DNA of 64,000 nt from Patescibacteria group bacterium (GTDB taxonomy: Bacteria; Patescibacteriota; Patescibacteriia; 2-01-FULL-39-33), in contig JBAZKF010000001.1 of assembly GCA_041650895.1 (NCBI GenBank), positions 637,181 to 701,180 of the forward strand, read 5' to 3'. Of the stretch, positions 9,313-20,959 are shown piece by piece. The notes under the pieces are model-generated. The model saw only the letters and a list, made by a program, of their open reading frames with translations. It was not told the DNA's origin and made no database searches. Made by a program: the position numbers and the translations under genes. The first letter of the stretch is position 1. Every line of letters begins with the position of its first letter.

Positions 9313-11796
9313 TTGTTTATGCCCAAAAAAGAAGATCGCAGCCAGCAATATCTTGATTTTAACGCTAATCCTAATGCTATTACTGATCGCCTGATTAGTG
9401 AAGAAGTTCAACAAAGCTACTTGGACTATGCTATGTCGGTAATCGTCTCCCGTGCCTTGCCTGATGTTCGTGACGGCTTAAAACCGGTGCACCGCCGCGT
9501 CTTGTACGCCATGTGGGATATCGGACTACGCGCTAACGCCAAATTCCGCAAATCAGCTAATGTGGTAGGTGAAGTCATGGCCAAATACCACCCACATGGC
9601 GATTCGGCCATTTATGAAACCATGGTGCGTATGGCCCAAGACTTTTCTTTGCGCCATCCTTTGGTTAAAGGTCAAGGAAACTTCGGCTCTATGGACGGTG
9701 ATAGCGCCGCGGCCATGCGTTACACCGAAGCTAAACTCTCTCCCATTGCCGAAGAAATGCTGTTTGATATTGATAAGAATACGGTTAACTTCATACCTAA
9801 TTACGATGGCGCCCATAAAGAGCCTCGCGTTCTGCCGGCCAAGTTGCCTAACTTATTGATTAATGGCACCCAAGGCATTGCCGTTGGCATGGCAACCAAT
9901 ATTCCGCCGCACAACTTAGGAGAGATTGTTGACGGTGTAGTGCATTTGATTGATAACCCTGATTGCGAAGTTGAGGATTTGGTCAAATTCATTAAAGGCC
10001 CGGATTTTCCTACGGGTGGAATTATTTACAATCTTAACGATATCAAGCAAGCCTATTTGACCGGCAAAGGTGGCGTAGTCTGTCGCGCCAAAACTGATAT
10101 AGAAGAAACCAAAACCGGACTCTACCGCATTATTATTACCGAAGTCAACTACCAAACCAATAAAGCCACTTTACTGGAAAAAATTGCCGAATTAGTCAAA
10201 GACAAAAAAATCGAGGGAATTAAAGATTTACGCGATGAATCCAATAAAGACGGTGTACGCGTCGTGATTGAAATCAAAAAAGACGCCTACCCTCAAAAGA
10301 TCCTTAACCAATTATTCAAATTCACACAACTACAAGATACTTTTCATTTCAATGTCTTAGCTTTAGTGGATGGCATCCAACCCAAAGTACTGAATCTAAA
10401 AATGGTTTTAGAAGAATACCTCAAACATCGGCAGGAAGTAATTACCCGCCGTACCCAGTTTGAATTAGACAAAGCCAAAGATCGAGCTCATATTTTAGAA
10501 GGTTTGGTTATGGCTTTGGCTCATATTGATGAGATTATCGCCGCCATTAAAAAATCCAAAGACAAAGACGATGCCAAATCTAATTTAATCAAAAAATTCA
10601 AGCTAAGCGAACGGCAAGCCGTAGCCATTTTGGAGATGAAACTGCAACAGCTGGCTAACTTGGAGAAGATTAAGATTGAGACTGAGTTGAAAGAAAAAAT
10701 GAAACTGATCAAGGAGCTGGAATCATTACTAAAATCTCCAACTAGAATCTTAGCTTTAATCAAAACGGAAATTTTGGAATTGAAAGAGAAATTCGGCGAG
10801 CCCAGACGCACTCAAATAGTCGCTCATGGCGTGGACAGCTTCAAAGCCGAGGATTTGATTCCTGATGAAGAAATGATCGTTATGGTCACTAATGACGGCT
10901 ATATCAAACGCTTACCGCCCGACACCTTTAAAACTCAAGGACGAGGCGGCAAAGGAGTTATCGGATTAACCACGAAAGAAGAAGATTCAGTGGAACATTT
11001 CTTCCTGACTTCTACGCACGCCGACCTGATGTTTTTTACTAATCGCGGGCGTGTCTTCCAACTCAAAGGCTATGACGTGCCTCAGTCCTCACGTACGGCC
11101 AAGGGCCAGGCTTTGGTTAACTTCTTGCAACTAGCGCCCAATGAGAAAGTCTCAGCCATTTTACCTTCCACAGAGGTAGAAAATGATAAGTTTTTGGTTA
11201 TGGTAACAAATCGCGGAACAATCAAGAAGTCTAAAATTGAAGATTTCAAGAATGTCCGCCGATCAGGATTAATCGCCATTAAACTGAGAGATGACGATGA
11301 TTTGCAATGGGTTCAACCGTCCAAGGGCGCAGAAAATATTATTCTGGTTACTAAACTAGGCCAGGCCATCAGATTTAAAGAGTCAGATGTCCGCTCTATG
11401 GGACGCACCTCCTCAGGAGTCAGAGGCGTCCGCCTAAAGAGCAAAGATGCGGTTGTGGGTATGGCTGTTTTTGACCCTAAAGATGAGAAGGTGGCCAAAT
11501 TAATGATTATCATGGCCAATGGTTTCGGCAAACAAACAGAGCTTAAATATTATAAGGTCCAAGGAAGAGGCGGCTCGGGCATTAAAACAGCTAAAATTAC
11601 CTCTAAAACAGGGGAAATAATCACCGGCAAATTGATTTATGATGATTCCGCCGATATGATTATAATTTCCAATCATGGCCAGGTTATCCGCCTACCCATC
11701 AAAACAGTCAGTATTCTTGGTCGTGACACGCAAGGTGTCAGGGTAATGAGGTTTAAGGAAGAAAAAGACACTGTAGCCAATGTAACGCTGTTATAA
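9313..11796 (+). CDS. gyrA: DNA gyrase subunit A
   Basis: Active-site region [10 protein letters not shown] (catalytic Tyr). The QRDR-like segment and C-terminal beta-pinwheel repeats are present. Terminator at 11800-11838. Confidence 0.9.
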   Translation: MFMPKKEDRSQQYLDFNANPNAITDRLISEEVQQSYLDYAMSVIVSRALPDVRDGLKPVHRRVLYAMWDIGLRANAKFRKSANVVGEVMAKYHPHGDSAIYETMVRMAQDFSLRHPLVKGQGNFGSMDGDSAAAMRYTEAKLSPIAEEMLFDIDKNTVNFIPNYDGAHKEPRVLPAKLPNLLINGTQGIAVGMATNIPPHNLGEIVDGVVHLIDNPDCEVEDLVKFIKGPDFPTGGIIYNLNDIKQAYLTGKGGVVCRAKTDIEETKTGLYRIIITEVNYQTNKATLLEKIAELVKDKKIEGIKDLRDESNKDGVRVVIEIKKDAYPQKILNQLFKFTQLQDTFHFNVLALVDGIQPKVLNLKMVLEEYLKHRQEVITRRTQFELDKAKDRAHILEGLVMALAHIDEIIAAIKKSKDKDDAKSNLIKKFKLSERQAVAILEMKLQQLANLEKIKIETELKEKMKLIKELESLLKSPTRILALIKTEILELKEKFGEPRRTQIVAHGVDSFKAEDLIPDEEMIVMVTNDGYIKRLPPDTFKTQGRGGKGVIGLTTKEEDSVEHFFLTSTHADLMFFTNRGRVFQLKGYDVPQSSRTAKGQALVNFLQLAPNEKVSAILPSTEVENDKFLVMVTNRGTIKKSKIEDFKNVRRSGLIAIKLRDDDDLQWVQPSKGAENIILVTKLGQAIRFKESDVRSMGRTSSGVRGVRLKSKDAVVGMAVFDPKDEKVAKLMIIMANGFGKQTELKYYKVQGRGGSGIKTAKITSKTGEIITGKLIYDDSADMIIISNHGQVIRLPIKTVSILGRDTQGVRVMRFKEEKDTVANVTLL

Positions 11797-11799
11797 AAT

Positions 11800-11838
11800 A
11801 AAAAAAGCGTCCCTGCCAAGCGGGGACGCTTTTGTTTG
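11800..11838. terminator. bidirectional rho-independent terminator
   Basis: AGCGTCCCTGCCAAGCGGGGACGCT hairpin flanked by an A-run and a T-run. Confidence 0.7.
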
Positions 11839-11856
11839 TGCTTAAATAAAGAACCG

Positions 11857-13107
11857 TTATGGTAATTGGCCAAAAAGCTGCCGGTTAGCCAACTCTTCCA
11901 TTTTGTCTTTCAATAGCTTGCGCCAGATAACAATAACTTCCGGGCCCCAAACAATATTGTTTCCTTCTTCAAAATCTTGAGCCGCCGCTTCAACCATCCG
12001 AGAAATCAGTATAATATTACAACCCGCTTCAAGTAAGGAGGTTAAAATCTTTGATGTCTCCCAGCCCGCGCTGATTAAACTGGTAGCAATTATATGAAAA
12101 GTAAATTCATAATCCACTAAAAGCTGGACTATCTCTTGATCAGTTTTGCCTTGATCACTGACAACAGCCATAAATTCAGGGGATACCCTTTTAGCATCAA
12201 TCGAGACTTCCTGAGATTGTTTCCCCTTGTCTTCCATGCAACTCCTAGGCATAACCTTAGGCGCATAAATATCAGCAATCTTACCTAAAGATAAGCCAAA
12301 CATCTGCAAGTAGGTTATTATTTCTTTATCCTCCACAGACAGAGAGCGCAGGAAAGCGACGAGACCATCAGGACCCAAAGCCTGATAAAACAAAGAGGCT
12401 TTCTGTTCATCGGAAATCTTTAATTCATCCCAAAAATACCAAATCTTGCGCTTAGTCCACTGCATAACCATCTTTTTGGGATCATTTTTACTAGGGACAA
12501 GGATGGTTTGAATGACTCTAAAAGTATCTTTATTAAGCTTACCACCCTTACCTATTAATTCTATCACAACATCAATACTGCCGTAAAAATTGCTCAAAAA
12601 TCTAATAGTGCTGGAGGTAATGATATTGTTATTAACCATAGCTGCCATTTGCCGTGATTGATCCCAGCCACTGGCTAAAATATAATTAATAATATCCTCG
12701 TCGCTCAAGCCGTCAAAGTCAGTGCCGTTCCAAGACATGGACATAATAAGAGAATTGGCTATCTCATCATCTTTTGAACCGGCCTCTCCAAACCAACTGA
12801 ATATTTCTTGGCTGGGAAACTTGGCTGATAGATACCAAGAGAATATGACTTCCTGCTTATAAATAAATCTTTCCATACGGCTACCGTCTTCTTCGTTTTT
12901 CAAAGACAACAACTGACGGATTAATTCCACATGACTGCCACAAATAACGGCCAACCCGTTAAGCAAGGAACTATAAATTATATGCACTGGTAGCTTCCCT
13001 TCTTTGAGCGCCTCTTCCATCCTGATTATAGCGACCTTTATTTTATCCCACAGATCGCTTTCGTGATTGCCTTTAACTCCCGGGCTATTAGACTCATCTT
13101 GAGACAT
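11857..13107 (-). CDS. hypothetical protein with internal ~25-aa degenerate repeats
   Basis: Start placed at the Met preceded by a strong SD (AAAAGGAGG). The ORF-track start at 13158 lacks an RBS. Confidence 0.5.
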   Translation of the reverse strand: MSQDESNSPGVKGNHESDLWDKIKVAIIRMEEALKEGKLPVHIIYSSLLNGLAVICGSHVELIRQLLSLKNEEDGSRMERFIYKQEVIFSWYLSAKFPSQEIFSWFGEAGSKDDEIANSLIMSMSWNGTDFDGLSDEDIINYILASGWDQSRQMAAMVNNNIITSSTIRFLSNFYGSIDVVIELIGKGGKLNKDTFRVIQTILVPSKNDPKKMVMQWTKRKIWYFWDELKISDEQKASLFYQALGPDGLVAFLRSLSVEDKEIITYLQMFGLSLGKIADIYAPKVMPRSCMEDKGKQSQEVSIDAKRVSPEFMAVVSDQGKTDQEIVQLLVDYEFTFHIIATSLISAGWETSKILTSLLEAGCNIILISRMVEAAAQDFEEGNNIVWGPEVIVIWRKLLKDKMEELANRQLFGQLP

Positions 13108-13282
13108 GAACACCTCCTTTTGGTTTTTATTGTTTTGTTTTAAAGTACTCATTATCATAATATAATAGCACGAATTTTAAAATTGTCAACTAAAAGTTAA
13201 CTAAGCCTTAAGGCTTGATTTTTAACTGTTTTATTATTATAATATAAAAAGAAAATACTAAAGATTATTGTTTAAAAGACTT

Positions 13283-14011
13283 ATGTCAGGACATAGCAAA
13301 TGGGCGAAAACTCATCGCCAAAAATCAGTGACTGATGCCAAAAAAGGAGCTACCTTCACAAAGATAGCCAACCTAATAACCATCGCGGCGCGGGAAAGTG
13401 GCGGTGATCCGGAAACAAACTTCAAATTGCGATTAGCGATTGATAAGGCCAGGGAAGCTAATATGCCTAAAGATAATATTGAACGGGCGATTACTAAAGG
13501 AACTGGTGCAAATAAAGATGGCGTTAATTTTGAGGAAATCATTTACGAGGTGGTCGGTCCGGCAGGGGTGGGATTTATTATAGAAGCCATAACCGACAAC
13601 AAAAACCGCACAGTTGCCGATTTAAAATCAGTTTTGAATAAAAATGGCGGGCAACTGGGATCCTCCGGCAGTGTTTCATGGAACTTTAAAAGATTGGGTT
13701 CTTTACTTATAGCTTCCACTGATTTAAGCGAGGAACAGGAATTAGAATTGATCGAAGCCGGAGCGGAAGATATCAAAAGAATGCCGGCAACTGCCGAAGC
13801 AGAAATAACCACCTCAGTGGAATCACTGTCTCAAGTGACGAATAAAGCCAAAGGATTAGGATTAGCCATCAAAGAAACTTCTATTGTCTATCAACCAAAA
13901 GATGAAATAAACATTACTAATGAAACAGATCGCGAAAAAATAGAACGCCTCTACAATACCATTGATGACCTGGATGACATTACAAATGTTTATACCAATG
14001 CTTCATGGTAA
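13283..14011 (+). CDS. yebC: YebC/PmpR family DNA-binding transcriptional regulator
   Basis: MSGHSKWAKTHRQK...NMPKDNIERAI matches the YebC family. Start set at the ATG of the conserved MSGHSKW. Confidence 0.85.
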   Translation: MSGHSKWAKTHRQKSVTDAKKGATFTKIANLITIAARESGGDPETNFKLRLAIDKAREANMPKDNIERAITKGTGANKDGVNFEEIIYEVVGPAGVGFIIEAITDNKNRTVADLKSVLNKNGGQLGSSGSVSWNFKRLGSLLIASTDLSEEQELELIEAGAEDIKRMPATAEAEITTSVESLSQVTNKAKGLGLAIKETSIVYQPKDEINITNETDREKIERLYNTIDDLDDITNVYTNASW

Positions 14012-14514
14012 AAACAAAACCGCATATAATTTTGGGCATTGACCCGGGTATCGCTGATACCGGTTTCGGCGTAATTGAAGAAAATTGCGGCCGGTTTAAA
14101 TTGTTTGATTACGGCTCTATTAAAACCGACAAACGAGAGAGTTTATCTTCAAGATTGTTGGACTTACATGAACAATTAACAATAATAATCAAAAAATATC
14201 GGCCGGAAGTAGCGGCGGTAGAACAATTGTTTTTTTGCACTAATACTAAAACCGCTCTGACTGTCGGCCAAGCCCGAGGAGTTATTTTGTTAACCTTGGC
14301 ACAAAACCAAACTAAATTGATTGAATTGACGCCACTGCAAGTCAAGCAAGGATTAACCGGTTACGGCCAAGCTGATAAAAAACAAATTCAACAAATGGTA
14401 AAAATCATCCTTAATCTCAAAACCAATCCCAAGCCTGATGACGCCGCTGATGCTTTGGCTATGGCCATTTGCGGCGCTGGCATTAATAAACTTAATTCCC
14501 GGATTAATTCATAA
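14005..14514 (+). CDS. ruvC: crossover junction endodeoxyribonuclease RuvC
   Basis: ILGIDPGIADTGFGVIE N-terminal catalytic Asp. Overlaps the yebC stop by 7 nt. The yebC-ruvC arrangement is conserved in bacteria. Confidence 0.85.
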   Translation: MVKTKPHIILGIDPGIADTGFGVIEENCGRFKLFDYGSIKTDKRESLSSRLLDLHEQLTIIIKKYRPEVAAVEQLFFCTNTKTALTVGQARGVILLTLAQNQTKLIELTPLQVKQGLTGYGQADKKQIQQMVKIILNLKTNPKPDDAADALAMAICGAGINKLNSRINS

Positions 14515-14565
14515 GCTATCGGACTATTGAAAAGAATTAGAACAATAAATCAAAAAATATAATAT

Positions 14566-17436
14566 ATGTCTAATATAAACTGGCGCGATCCGCAAAAACT
14601 CGTACCCACTCACCAACATGAACCCAAAGGAGGAAAAATATCTTTTTCCTCCAATCAAGTTAAACCTCAACGGAAACATCGACGCCATATTTGGCGGAGA
14701 TTATTTAAAGTATTAGTGCCTATAATCATAATAGTAATTCTATTCTTGGCTTTAATGGCGGCGGCTGCTTTATTTTGGATTTCCAAAGATTTACCGTCAG
14801 CTGATGGTGTGCTCAAACGGAATATTACAGTTTCAACTAAAATTTATGATCGTACCGGCCAAACAGTACTTTATGATATCCATGGCGACATTAAACGTAC
14901 TGTCATCCCTTTATCTGAGGTCCCTGACTATATGAAACAGGCGGTGATTACTGCTGAAGATAGGGATTTCTACCAGCATCATGGTTTTTCTTTTACCGGT
15001 ATTATCCGCTCAATTTTAATTAATATCACAACTGGCAGTAAAGTTAGCGGTTCAACCTTAACCCAACAATTTGTCAAAAACGCCATCTTAACTAATGAAA
15101 AAACTTATACCAGAAAAATAAAGGAATTATTAATTTCTTATCAAATAGAAAGTAAATTCACTAAAGATCAAATCTTAGGCATGTATTTGAATGAAATACC
15201 TTATGGCTCAGTAATTTATGGCGTGGAAGCGGCGGCTCAATCTTATTTCGGCAAACCAACGAAAGATTTGACTTTAGCTGAGTCTGCTATTTTAGCAGCC
15301 ATACCCAACGCGCCGACCTATTATTCGCCTTACGGCAACCATAAAGACAAATTATTGCAACGCCAGAGATACATTCTTGACTCTATGGCGGAATTAGGTT
15401 ATGTCACCAAAGAACAAGCGGAGGAAGCTAAGAATGAAAAACTGACTTTTAAGCCTCTAAGAGAATCTATCATCGCGCCACATTTCGTTATGTATATCAA
15501 AGAAATACTATCGGAAAAATACGGCGAAAATTTCATTAATCAAGAGGGTTTGAAAGTTTATACTACGCTTGATTTGGAAAAACAAAAAATTGCTGAAGAG
15601 GCGGTTAAAAAAGGAGTTGAAACTAATGGTAAAAAATACGGTTTTACCAACGCCTCATTGGTTTCTTTGGATCCGAAAACCGGCCAGATATTAGCCATGG
15701 TCGGATCGGCCGACTATTTTGATGAAGCTATTGATGGACAAGTTAACGTCTCCTTGCGGTCACGCCAACCAGGTTCATCTTTCAAACCAATTGTTTATAC
15801 GACATCATTTATTAAAGGTTATACTCCCAATACGATTATTTACGACACAGTGACAAATTTTGATACTACCGGTGAAAAGGCTTATGAGCCTCATAATTAC
15901 CATAACGACGAAAGCGGACCAGTAACCCTGCGCAAGGCTTTAGCTGGATCATTAAACATTCCAGCGGTTAAGCTGACTTATTTAACAGGTATGGATAATA
16001 TCTTTAATCTAGCGGAAAAATTAGGTTACACAACTTTTAATGACCGTAGCCGTTTTGGGTTGTCGATTGTTTTAGGTGGAGCGGAAGTAAAATTATTGGA
16101 ACATACCGCGGCTTATGCCACTTTAGCCACTGATGGTATTAAACATGAAGTTAACCCTATTTTAAAAATTGAAGATAAAAATAATAAGATAATTGAGGAA
16201 TTCAAAGATAAAAATGAAGAGATTATAGATGCGGAAGTTGCCAGACAAACCAACGACATTTTATCCGATGACTCAGCTCGCGCTTATATCTTTGGTAGTG
16301 GCAGTCGTTTAGTTCTGCCTGGACGACCGGCGGCAGTCAAAACTGGTACAACTAATGACTTCCATGACGCTTGGACTTTAGGTTATACCCCGTCGTTGGC
16401 TTGCGGTGTTTGGGTAGGGAATAATGACAATGCGGCTATGAAGGCGGGCGCTGACGGTTCAGTGATTGCGGCTCCTATTTGGAATAATTACATGTCTGAA
16501 GCGCTCAAAGGACAAGCAGCGGAAGAATTTACTAAGCCTCAGCCGGTTACCACTGGTAAGGCAGTCTTAGATGGCATAGCCAATTCCGGCACAATGATAA
16601 AAATTGACACAATTTCTGGGAAATTAGCTACTCAATATACTCCTTTAAGCACAATTAAAGAAATAGCTACGGGCGAAGTTCATGATATTTTGTATTATGT
16701 GGATAAAGATGCCCCACGCGGCCCACTCCCCTCTCATCCGGAAAATGACCCGCAATATTACAATTGGGAAGCCGGAGTGAAATCTTGGGCAGAAAAAAAT
16801 AATATTATTACCAATGGCCAACCCATACCAACATCTTACGATGATATCCATTTGGCTTCTGATCAGCCACAACTCAATATTATCAGCCCTAACGACAAAC
16901 AAACTATAAAGGACAGTTATATTATTGTTAACTTGCAGGGTTCGGCAGCTCGCGGTATCCAAAAAACAGAATATCTAATTGATAACCAACTAATTGATAC
17001 TACTAGTGGATTAACTACTGACAAAACCTTGGATCTATCTGAATTAGCAAGCGGTTACCATACTTTGACTATTATAATTAAGGATGATCTACAAAACACC
17101 GCTTCAAAATCAATTGACTTTAATTTGATCGCTGTTAATCCTTTGCCCCGTCTTGATTGGACATCTCCGATTGATGGCGCTACTATTAATAATTTCCCTT
17201 TAGCTTTAAAGGCTGACTTAACTAATTTTGATCGGATAAAACAAATTGACCTTTATTATTTATCAGCTACCAGTACTAAAGAAAACTTCATTACTACGAT
17301 TAGGCCACAAAGTGATAATTTTAACTTTAGTTGGAAAAAGAGTCCCGATTCCGGCGATTACACTATTTATGCTAATATTTTTAACTTAAATAACAAAAAA
17401 TACGAATCGCCTAAATTAAAAATAAAAATACAATAA
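14566..17436 (+). CDS. mrcA: class A penicillin-binding protein (GT51 transglycosylase + transpeptidase) with long C-terminal extension
   Basis: N-terminal TM helix. GT51 motifs EDRDFYQHHG and TLTQQFVKN. Transpeptidase motifs STFKP, SLN and KTG(T). The C-terminal ~300-aa extra domain is unassigned. Confidence 0.85.
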   Translation: MSNINWRDPQKLVPTHQHEPKGGKISFSSNQVKPQRKHRRHIWRRLFKVLVPIIIIVILFLALMAAAALFWISKDLPSADGVLKRNITVSTKIYDRTGQTVLYDIHGDIKRTVIPLSEVPDYMKQAVITAEDRDFYQHHGFSFTGIIRSILINITTGSKVSGSTLTQQFVKNAILTNEKTYTRKIKELLISYQIESKFTKDQILGMYLNEIPYGSVIYGVEAAAQSYFGKPTKDLTLAESAILAAIPNAPTYYSPYGNHKDKLLQRQRYILDSMAELGYVTKEQAEEAKNEKLTFKPLRESIIAPHFVMYIKEILSEKYGENFINQEGLKVYTTLDLEKQKIAEEAVKKGVETNGKKYGFTNASLVSLDPKTGQILAMVGSADYFDEAIDGQVNVSLRSRQPGSSFKPIVYTTSFIKGYTPNTIIYDTVTNFDTTGEKAYEPHNYHNDESGPVTLRKALAGSLNIPAVKLTYLTGMDNIFNLAEKLGYTTFNDRSRFGLSIVLGGAEVKLLEHTAAYATLATDGIKHEVNPILKIEDKNNKIIEEFKDKNEEIIDAEVARQTNDILSDDSARAYIFGSGSRLVLPGRPAAVKTGTTNDFHDAWTLGYTPSLACGVWVGNNDNAAMKAGADGSVIAAPIWNNYMSEALKGQAAEEFTKPQPVTTGKAVLDGIANSGTMIKIDTISGKLATQYTPLSTIKEIATGEVHDILYYVDKDAPRGPLPSHPENDPQYYNWEAGVKSWAEKNNIITNGQPIPTSYDDIHLASDQPQLNIISPNDKQTIKDSYIIVNLQGSAARGIQKTEYLIDNQLIDTTSGLTTDKTLDLSELASGYHTLTIIIKDDLQNTASKSIDFNLIAVNPLPRLDWTSPIDGATINNFPLALKADLTNFDRIKQIDLYYLSATSTKENFITTIRPQSDNFNFSWKKSPDSGDYTIYANIFNLNNKKYESPKLKIKIQ

Positions 17437-17439
17437 TTA

Positions 17440-17467
17440 AAAAACCCGGAAACTTCCGGGTTTTTTA
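17440..17467. terminator. rho-independent terminator
   Basis: AAAAAACCCGGAAACTTCCGGGTTTTTT. Confidence 0.7.
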
Positions 17468-17473
17468 ATTATC

Positions 17474-18220
17474 TTAATTTATAACTTCTGCTTTAGCAGG
17501 AATCATTTTCTTTTTTGTGATTAATTGTTGCAAAGAAGTGAATACTGTCAATAATAACCAATAGAACACTAAACCACTGGGCAGGCTCCAACCAATTACT
17601 ATGGTCATTAGAGGCATCATAACTGTCATTTGACGACTCATAATAGCTGACATATCCTCATCCTTACTGTCTTTATTCTTAATTACCGGACGTTTAGCAA
17701 TCATCATGGACGCTTGCCAATACTGCGCGGCACCAGCCAAAACAGCTAAAATCCATTGGGGTTTAGCCATATCTAAAAATCCAAAAGCTAAAGAGTTAAT
17801 GTGCCCGGGATTAGTAATAAAAGGATAAAGTAAAGACAAACTACCATTTCTTAAGCCAGTATTGAACACTTGATAAATAGCAATTAAAAAAGGCAACTGA
17901 ATAAGTAATGGTAGACAAGAGGAAAGTGGATTAATTTTATGTTCTTTATATAAATTCATCATCTCTTTGGCTTGTCGTTCTTTATCGTCTTTATATTTTT
18001 CTTTCATTTCATCAATCTTCGGTTGCAGTTCCTGCAGTGATTGTTGCGCCTTAATCGTACTGCGTGACGGTAAATATAAAGCTAATTTTATTAATAAAGT
18101 TAAAATGATTATTACTAAGCCAATATCGTGTCCAGGGATAGTATTGTAAACAAAAACCAATAAATTAAGTAATGGCTGGTAACAAATTAAATTAAAAATA
18201 TTTACAATTGAACTAATCAT
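17474..18220 (-). CDS. yidC: membrane protein insertase YidC (short form)
   Basis: Multi-TM protein with the conserved YidC core. Sits in the yidD-rnpA-rpmH arrangement next to dnaA. Confidence 0.85.
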   Translation of the reverse strand: MISSIVNIFNLICYQPLLNLLVFVYNTIPGHDIGLVIIILTLLIKLALYLPSRSTIKAQQSLQELQPKIDEMKEKYKDDKERQAKEMMNLYKEHKINPLSSCLPLLIQLPFLIAIYQVFNTGLRNGSLSLLYPFITNPGHINSLAFGFLDMAKPQWILAVLAGAAQYWQASMMIAKRPVIKNKDSKDEDMSAIMSRQMTVMMPLMTIVIGWSLPSGLVFYWLLLTVFTSLQQLITKKKMIPAKAEVIN

Positions 18221-18228
18221 AATTTTAA

Positions 18229-18483
18229 TTATTTTATTGGATCAAAACCGCCTTTGGAAAAAGGATTACATCTGAGAATGCGAATAAACGCCATGAATCC
18301 GCCTTTTATTATCCCATATTTATCTATAGCTTGATAACCATATTCTGAACAGGTCGGATAAAAACGACAATAGCCGTGGGGAAAAAAGTATTTGGGCATA
18401 CCATGATCAAAAGATAGTGTCCTTTGATAAAATATAATCAACTTTAAGACTAAAATTTTAGTAAAATTAGACAAAAAATTCAT
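18229..18483 (-). CDS. yidD: membrane protein insertion efficiency factor YidD
   Basis: [18 protein letters not shown]...ILRCNPF matches the YidD family. Confidence 0.8.
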   Translation of the reverse strand: MNFLSNFTKILVLKLIIFYQRTLSFDHGMPKYFFPHGYCRFYPTCSEYGYQAIDKYGIIKGGFMAFIRILRCNPFSKGGFDPIK

Positions 18484-18818
18484 ATAATCTTATCTTTTGC
18501 TAATAACTTGACTAAATCATTATTAAAACTAGAAAAATCTAATTTTTTACTGGGAACTAATGCTATAATTAATAAATCAATATTTTTAGTAAAATTAGAC
18601 AAATTATTGCCTATAATAGCCTTAGCCCTACGTCTAATCTTATTTCTTTCTACAGCTTTTCCACTTATTTTATTACTGACAATAACAGAAAAACGGCAAT
18701 GTTCTAAGTCATTATTTATAAATCTAATAATAAAGTTCTGACTTGAATCTTTTTTGCCGTTTTTGAATATCCTTTCAAATTCTTGTTTTTTAGAAATACG
18801 GTATTTATTGGCCAACAT
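18480..18818 (-). CDS. rnpA: ribonuclease P protein component
   Basis: Small basic protein with the RnpA RNR-like motif [13 protein letters not shown]. Overlaps yidD by 4 nt. Confidence 0.8.
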   Translation of the reverse strand: MLANKYRISKKQEFERIFKNGKKDSSQNFIIRFINNDLEHCRFSVIVSNKISGKAVERNKIRRRAKAIIGNNLSNFTKNIDLLIIALVPSKKLDFSSFNNDLVKLLAKDKII

Positions 18819-18842
18819 AGTGTAAATTTAGCCAAATTATAA

Positions 18843-18998
18843 TTATTTAGATCTAGTAGAAATGACTAATTTCTTCCTTCCTTTAGCTCTTCTTCTCTTT
18901 AAAACCAATTTACCAGTATGAGTCCTACTTTTAGCCCTAAAACCATGTTTTTTGACTCTTTTAACTTTATGAGGTTGATAAGTTCTTTTAGTTGCCAT
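18843..18998 (-). CDS. rpmH: 50S ribosomal protein L34
   Basis: Hand translation of the minus strand gives [51 protein letters not shown]. Not in the ORF track because it is under 60 aa. Confidence 0.85.
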   Translation of the reverse strand: MATKRTYQPHKVKRVKKHGFRAKSRTHTGKLVLKRRRAKGRKKLVISTRSK

Positions 18999-18999
18999 A

Positions 19000-19162
19000 A
19001 AATACTAAAGATAATTATTAATAACTAAAGTAAAAATAACACTTTTTTTATAATAAGTCAATAAAAATTGTTATCCACAAGTTATTAACAGTTTTGATTA
19101 TCTTTAGTTTTTTGATCAGTTTCCAATTGTGGATAATTATGATAAAATGTTATTAACTTAAA
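19000..19162. promoter_or_regulatory. candidate oriC / dnaA promoter region with two perfect inverted DnaA boxes
   Basis: TTATCCACA at 19071-19079 and its reverse complement TGTGGATAA at 19128-19136 flank an AT-rich stretch. Located between rpmH and dnaA. Confidence 0.6.
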
Positions 19163-20629
19163 TTGAAACACTCTTTAATAACAGCTGATTATCTAATTAA
19201 TACTTTCAGTATGACACCACAAGAACTCTGGCAGGCCACTTTAGGAGAGTTAGAAACTTTATTATCTAAAGCTAACTTTACTACTTGGTTTAGACATACT
19301 AATATAGTTAGTTATGATGATAATAAGGTGGTTATTAATGTGCCTAATATTTTTACTAAAGAATATTTAGCTAAAAAATATCATAGTGCCATATTAAAAG
19401 CGATTAGAAATATTACTAATAACCCTAATTTAAAAGAAATTGAATATAAAATAGAATCATCAATTCAAAATAAAAGCGCCTTTACCAGACCAACAGAAAC
19501 TATAATTAACAATGAAGAAATAATTCCCGCCAAAGAAGTATTTAAAACTTCTAACCAAATAACTAATGAAAAACCTCTTAATAATAATAAAAATAATTTA
19601 AATTATAAATACACCCTTAATACTTTTATTGTAGGAAAAAATAATGATTTAGCTCATGCCGCATCTTTAGCGGTAATAAAATCACCTGGTACGGCTTATA
19701 ACCCTTTGTTTATTTATGGTGGTGTTGGATTAGGTAAAACCCATTTAATGCATGCTATTGGTAATAAAATATTGGAAAATAGCCAAGAAATGAAGGTTTT
19801 TTATACAACTTGTGAAAATTTTACCAATGATTATCTAACAGCTGTACGTAATCTTTCTGGCAACGGCCAACGCTCAATGGAAGATTTTAATAATAAATAT
19901 AGGACTTTAGATGTACTTTTAGTTGATGATATCCAATTTTTATCTAATAAAGAAAGAACAGAAGAAGTTTTTTTTAATATTTTTAATGAATTACATCAAA
20001 GCAATAAACAAATTATTATTTCCTCTGACCGGCCACCTAAAGCCATACCAGATATTGAACAACGTTTAATTTCCCGTTTTGAATGGGGAATGATTGTTGA
20101 TATTTCTATTCCTGATTTAGAGACAAAAATCGCGATTATTCAAGAAAAATTAAAAGAAAAAAATACAATTTTAGAAAATGATATTATTGAATATTTAGCT
20201 GGATCAATTAGAAATAATATCCGTGAATTAGAAGGTGTTTTAAATCGAGTAATTGCTTTAACTCAGCTACAAAATCGCTCTATTTCCTTAGAGGAAGTCA
20301 AACAAATTACTGCAGCTACAATTAGTAATAATCAAAAAAATAATTTAACTCCTAAAAACATAATTAAATTGGTTTCTGAATATTATGATATAACTATTGA
20401 TAATATTATCAGTCCTTGCCGTAAAAAGAATTTAACTGAACCGCGCCAAATTACTATGTATTTAATGCGGGAAGAACTTAAATTATCTTATCCGGTAATC
20501 GGCCAAGAATTAGGTGGGCGCGATCATACTACTGTTATTCATGCTTGTGATAAAATCATTAATCTTATTAAGATTAATGAAAAAATCAGACAAGATATAA
20601 ATATAATTAAACAAAAGTTATTTGTTTAA
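19163..20629 (+). CDS. dnaA: chromosomal replication initiator protein DnaA
   Basis: AAA+ Walker A GGVGLGKTHLMHAIGN. C-terminal domain IV helix-turn-helix. The true start may be the second Met (MTPQELW). Confidence 0.9.
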   Translation: MKHSLITADYLINTFSMTPQELWQATLGELETLLSKANFTTWFRHTNIVSYDDNKVVINVPNIFTKEYLAKKYHSAILKAIRNITNNPNLKEIEYKIESSIQNKSAFTRPTETIINNEEIIPAKEVFKTSNQITNEKPLNNNKNNLNYKYTLNTFIVGKNNDLAHAASLAVIKSPGTAYNPLFIYGGVGLGKTHLMHAIGNKILENSQEMKVFYTTCENFTNDYLTAVRNLSGNGQRSMEDFNNKYRTLDVLLVDDIQFLSNKERTEEVFFNIFNELHQSNKQIIISSDRPPKAIPDIEQRLISRFEWGMIVDISIPDLETKIAIIQEKLKEKNTILENDIIEYLAGSIRNNIRELEGVLNRVIALTQLQNRSISLEEVKQITAATISNNQKNNLTPKNIIKLVSEYYDITIDNIISPCRKKNLTEPRQITMYLMREELKLSYPVIGQELGGRDHTTVIHACDKIINLIKINEKIRQDINIIKQKLFV

Positions 20630-20959
20630 TTATAAATTAGAGGATAAACTGGTGATAAGTAATTATAACAGTTGAAAAGTTTTATCCTCAATTTTTCCCC
20701 TATAGGATAACTTGGTGATATTATCAATAATATAGTGATTTAAAAGTGTTGAAAAAGTGGTTTAATTGATTTATTAAGTGGAAAAATAATTTAATTAAAA
20801 TTTTACCTGACTTATAAAAAATTAAAACTGATTTAGATACTTTTTATCAACAAGTAAAATTTTAATAAACATTAAGTAATTATAGGATATATAATAGTTT
20901 TACCCATTAAGCAGTCCATTATTACTATTATTAATATATATACTATTATAAATAATAAT
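20630..20959. promoter_or_regulatory. AT-rich dnaA-dnaN intergenic region with degenerate DnaA boxes (alternative/second oriC module)
   Basis: TTATCCTCA, GGATAAACT and AGGATAACT motifs are present; ~80% AT. Confidence 0.4.
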
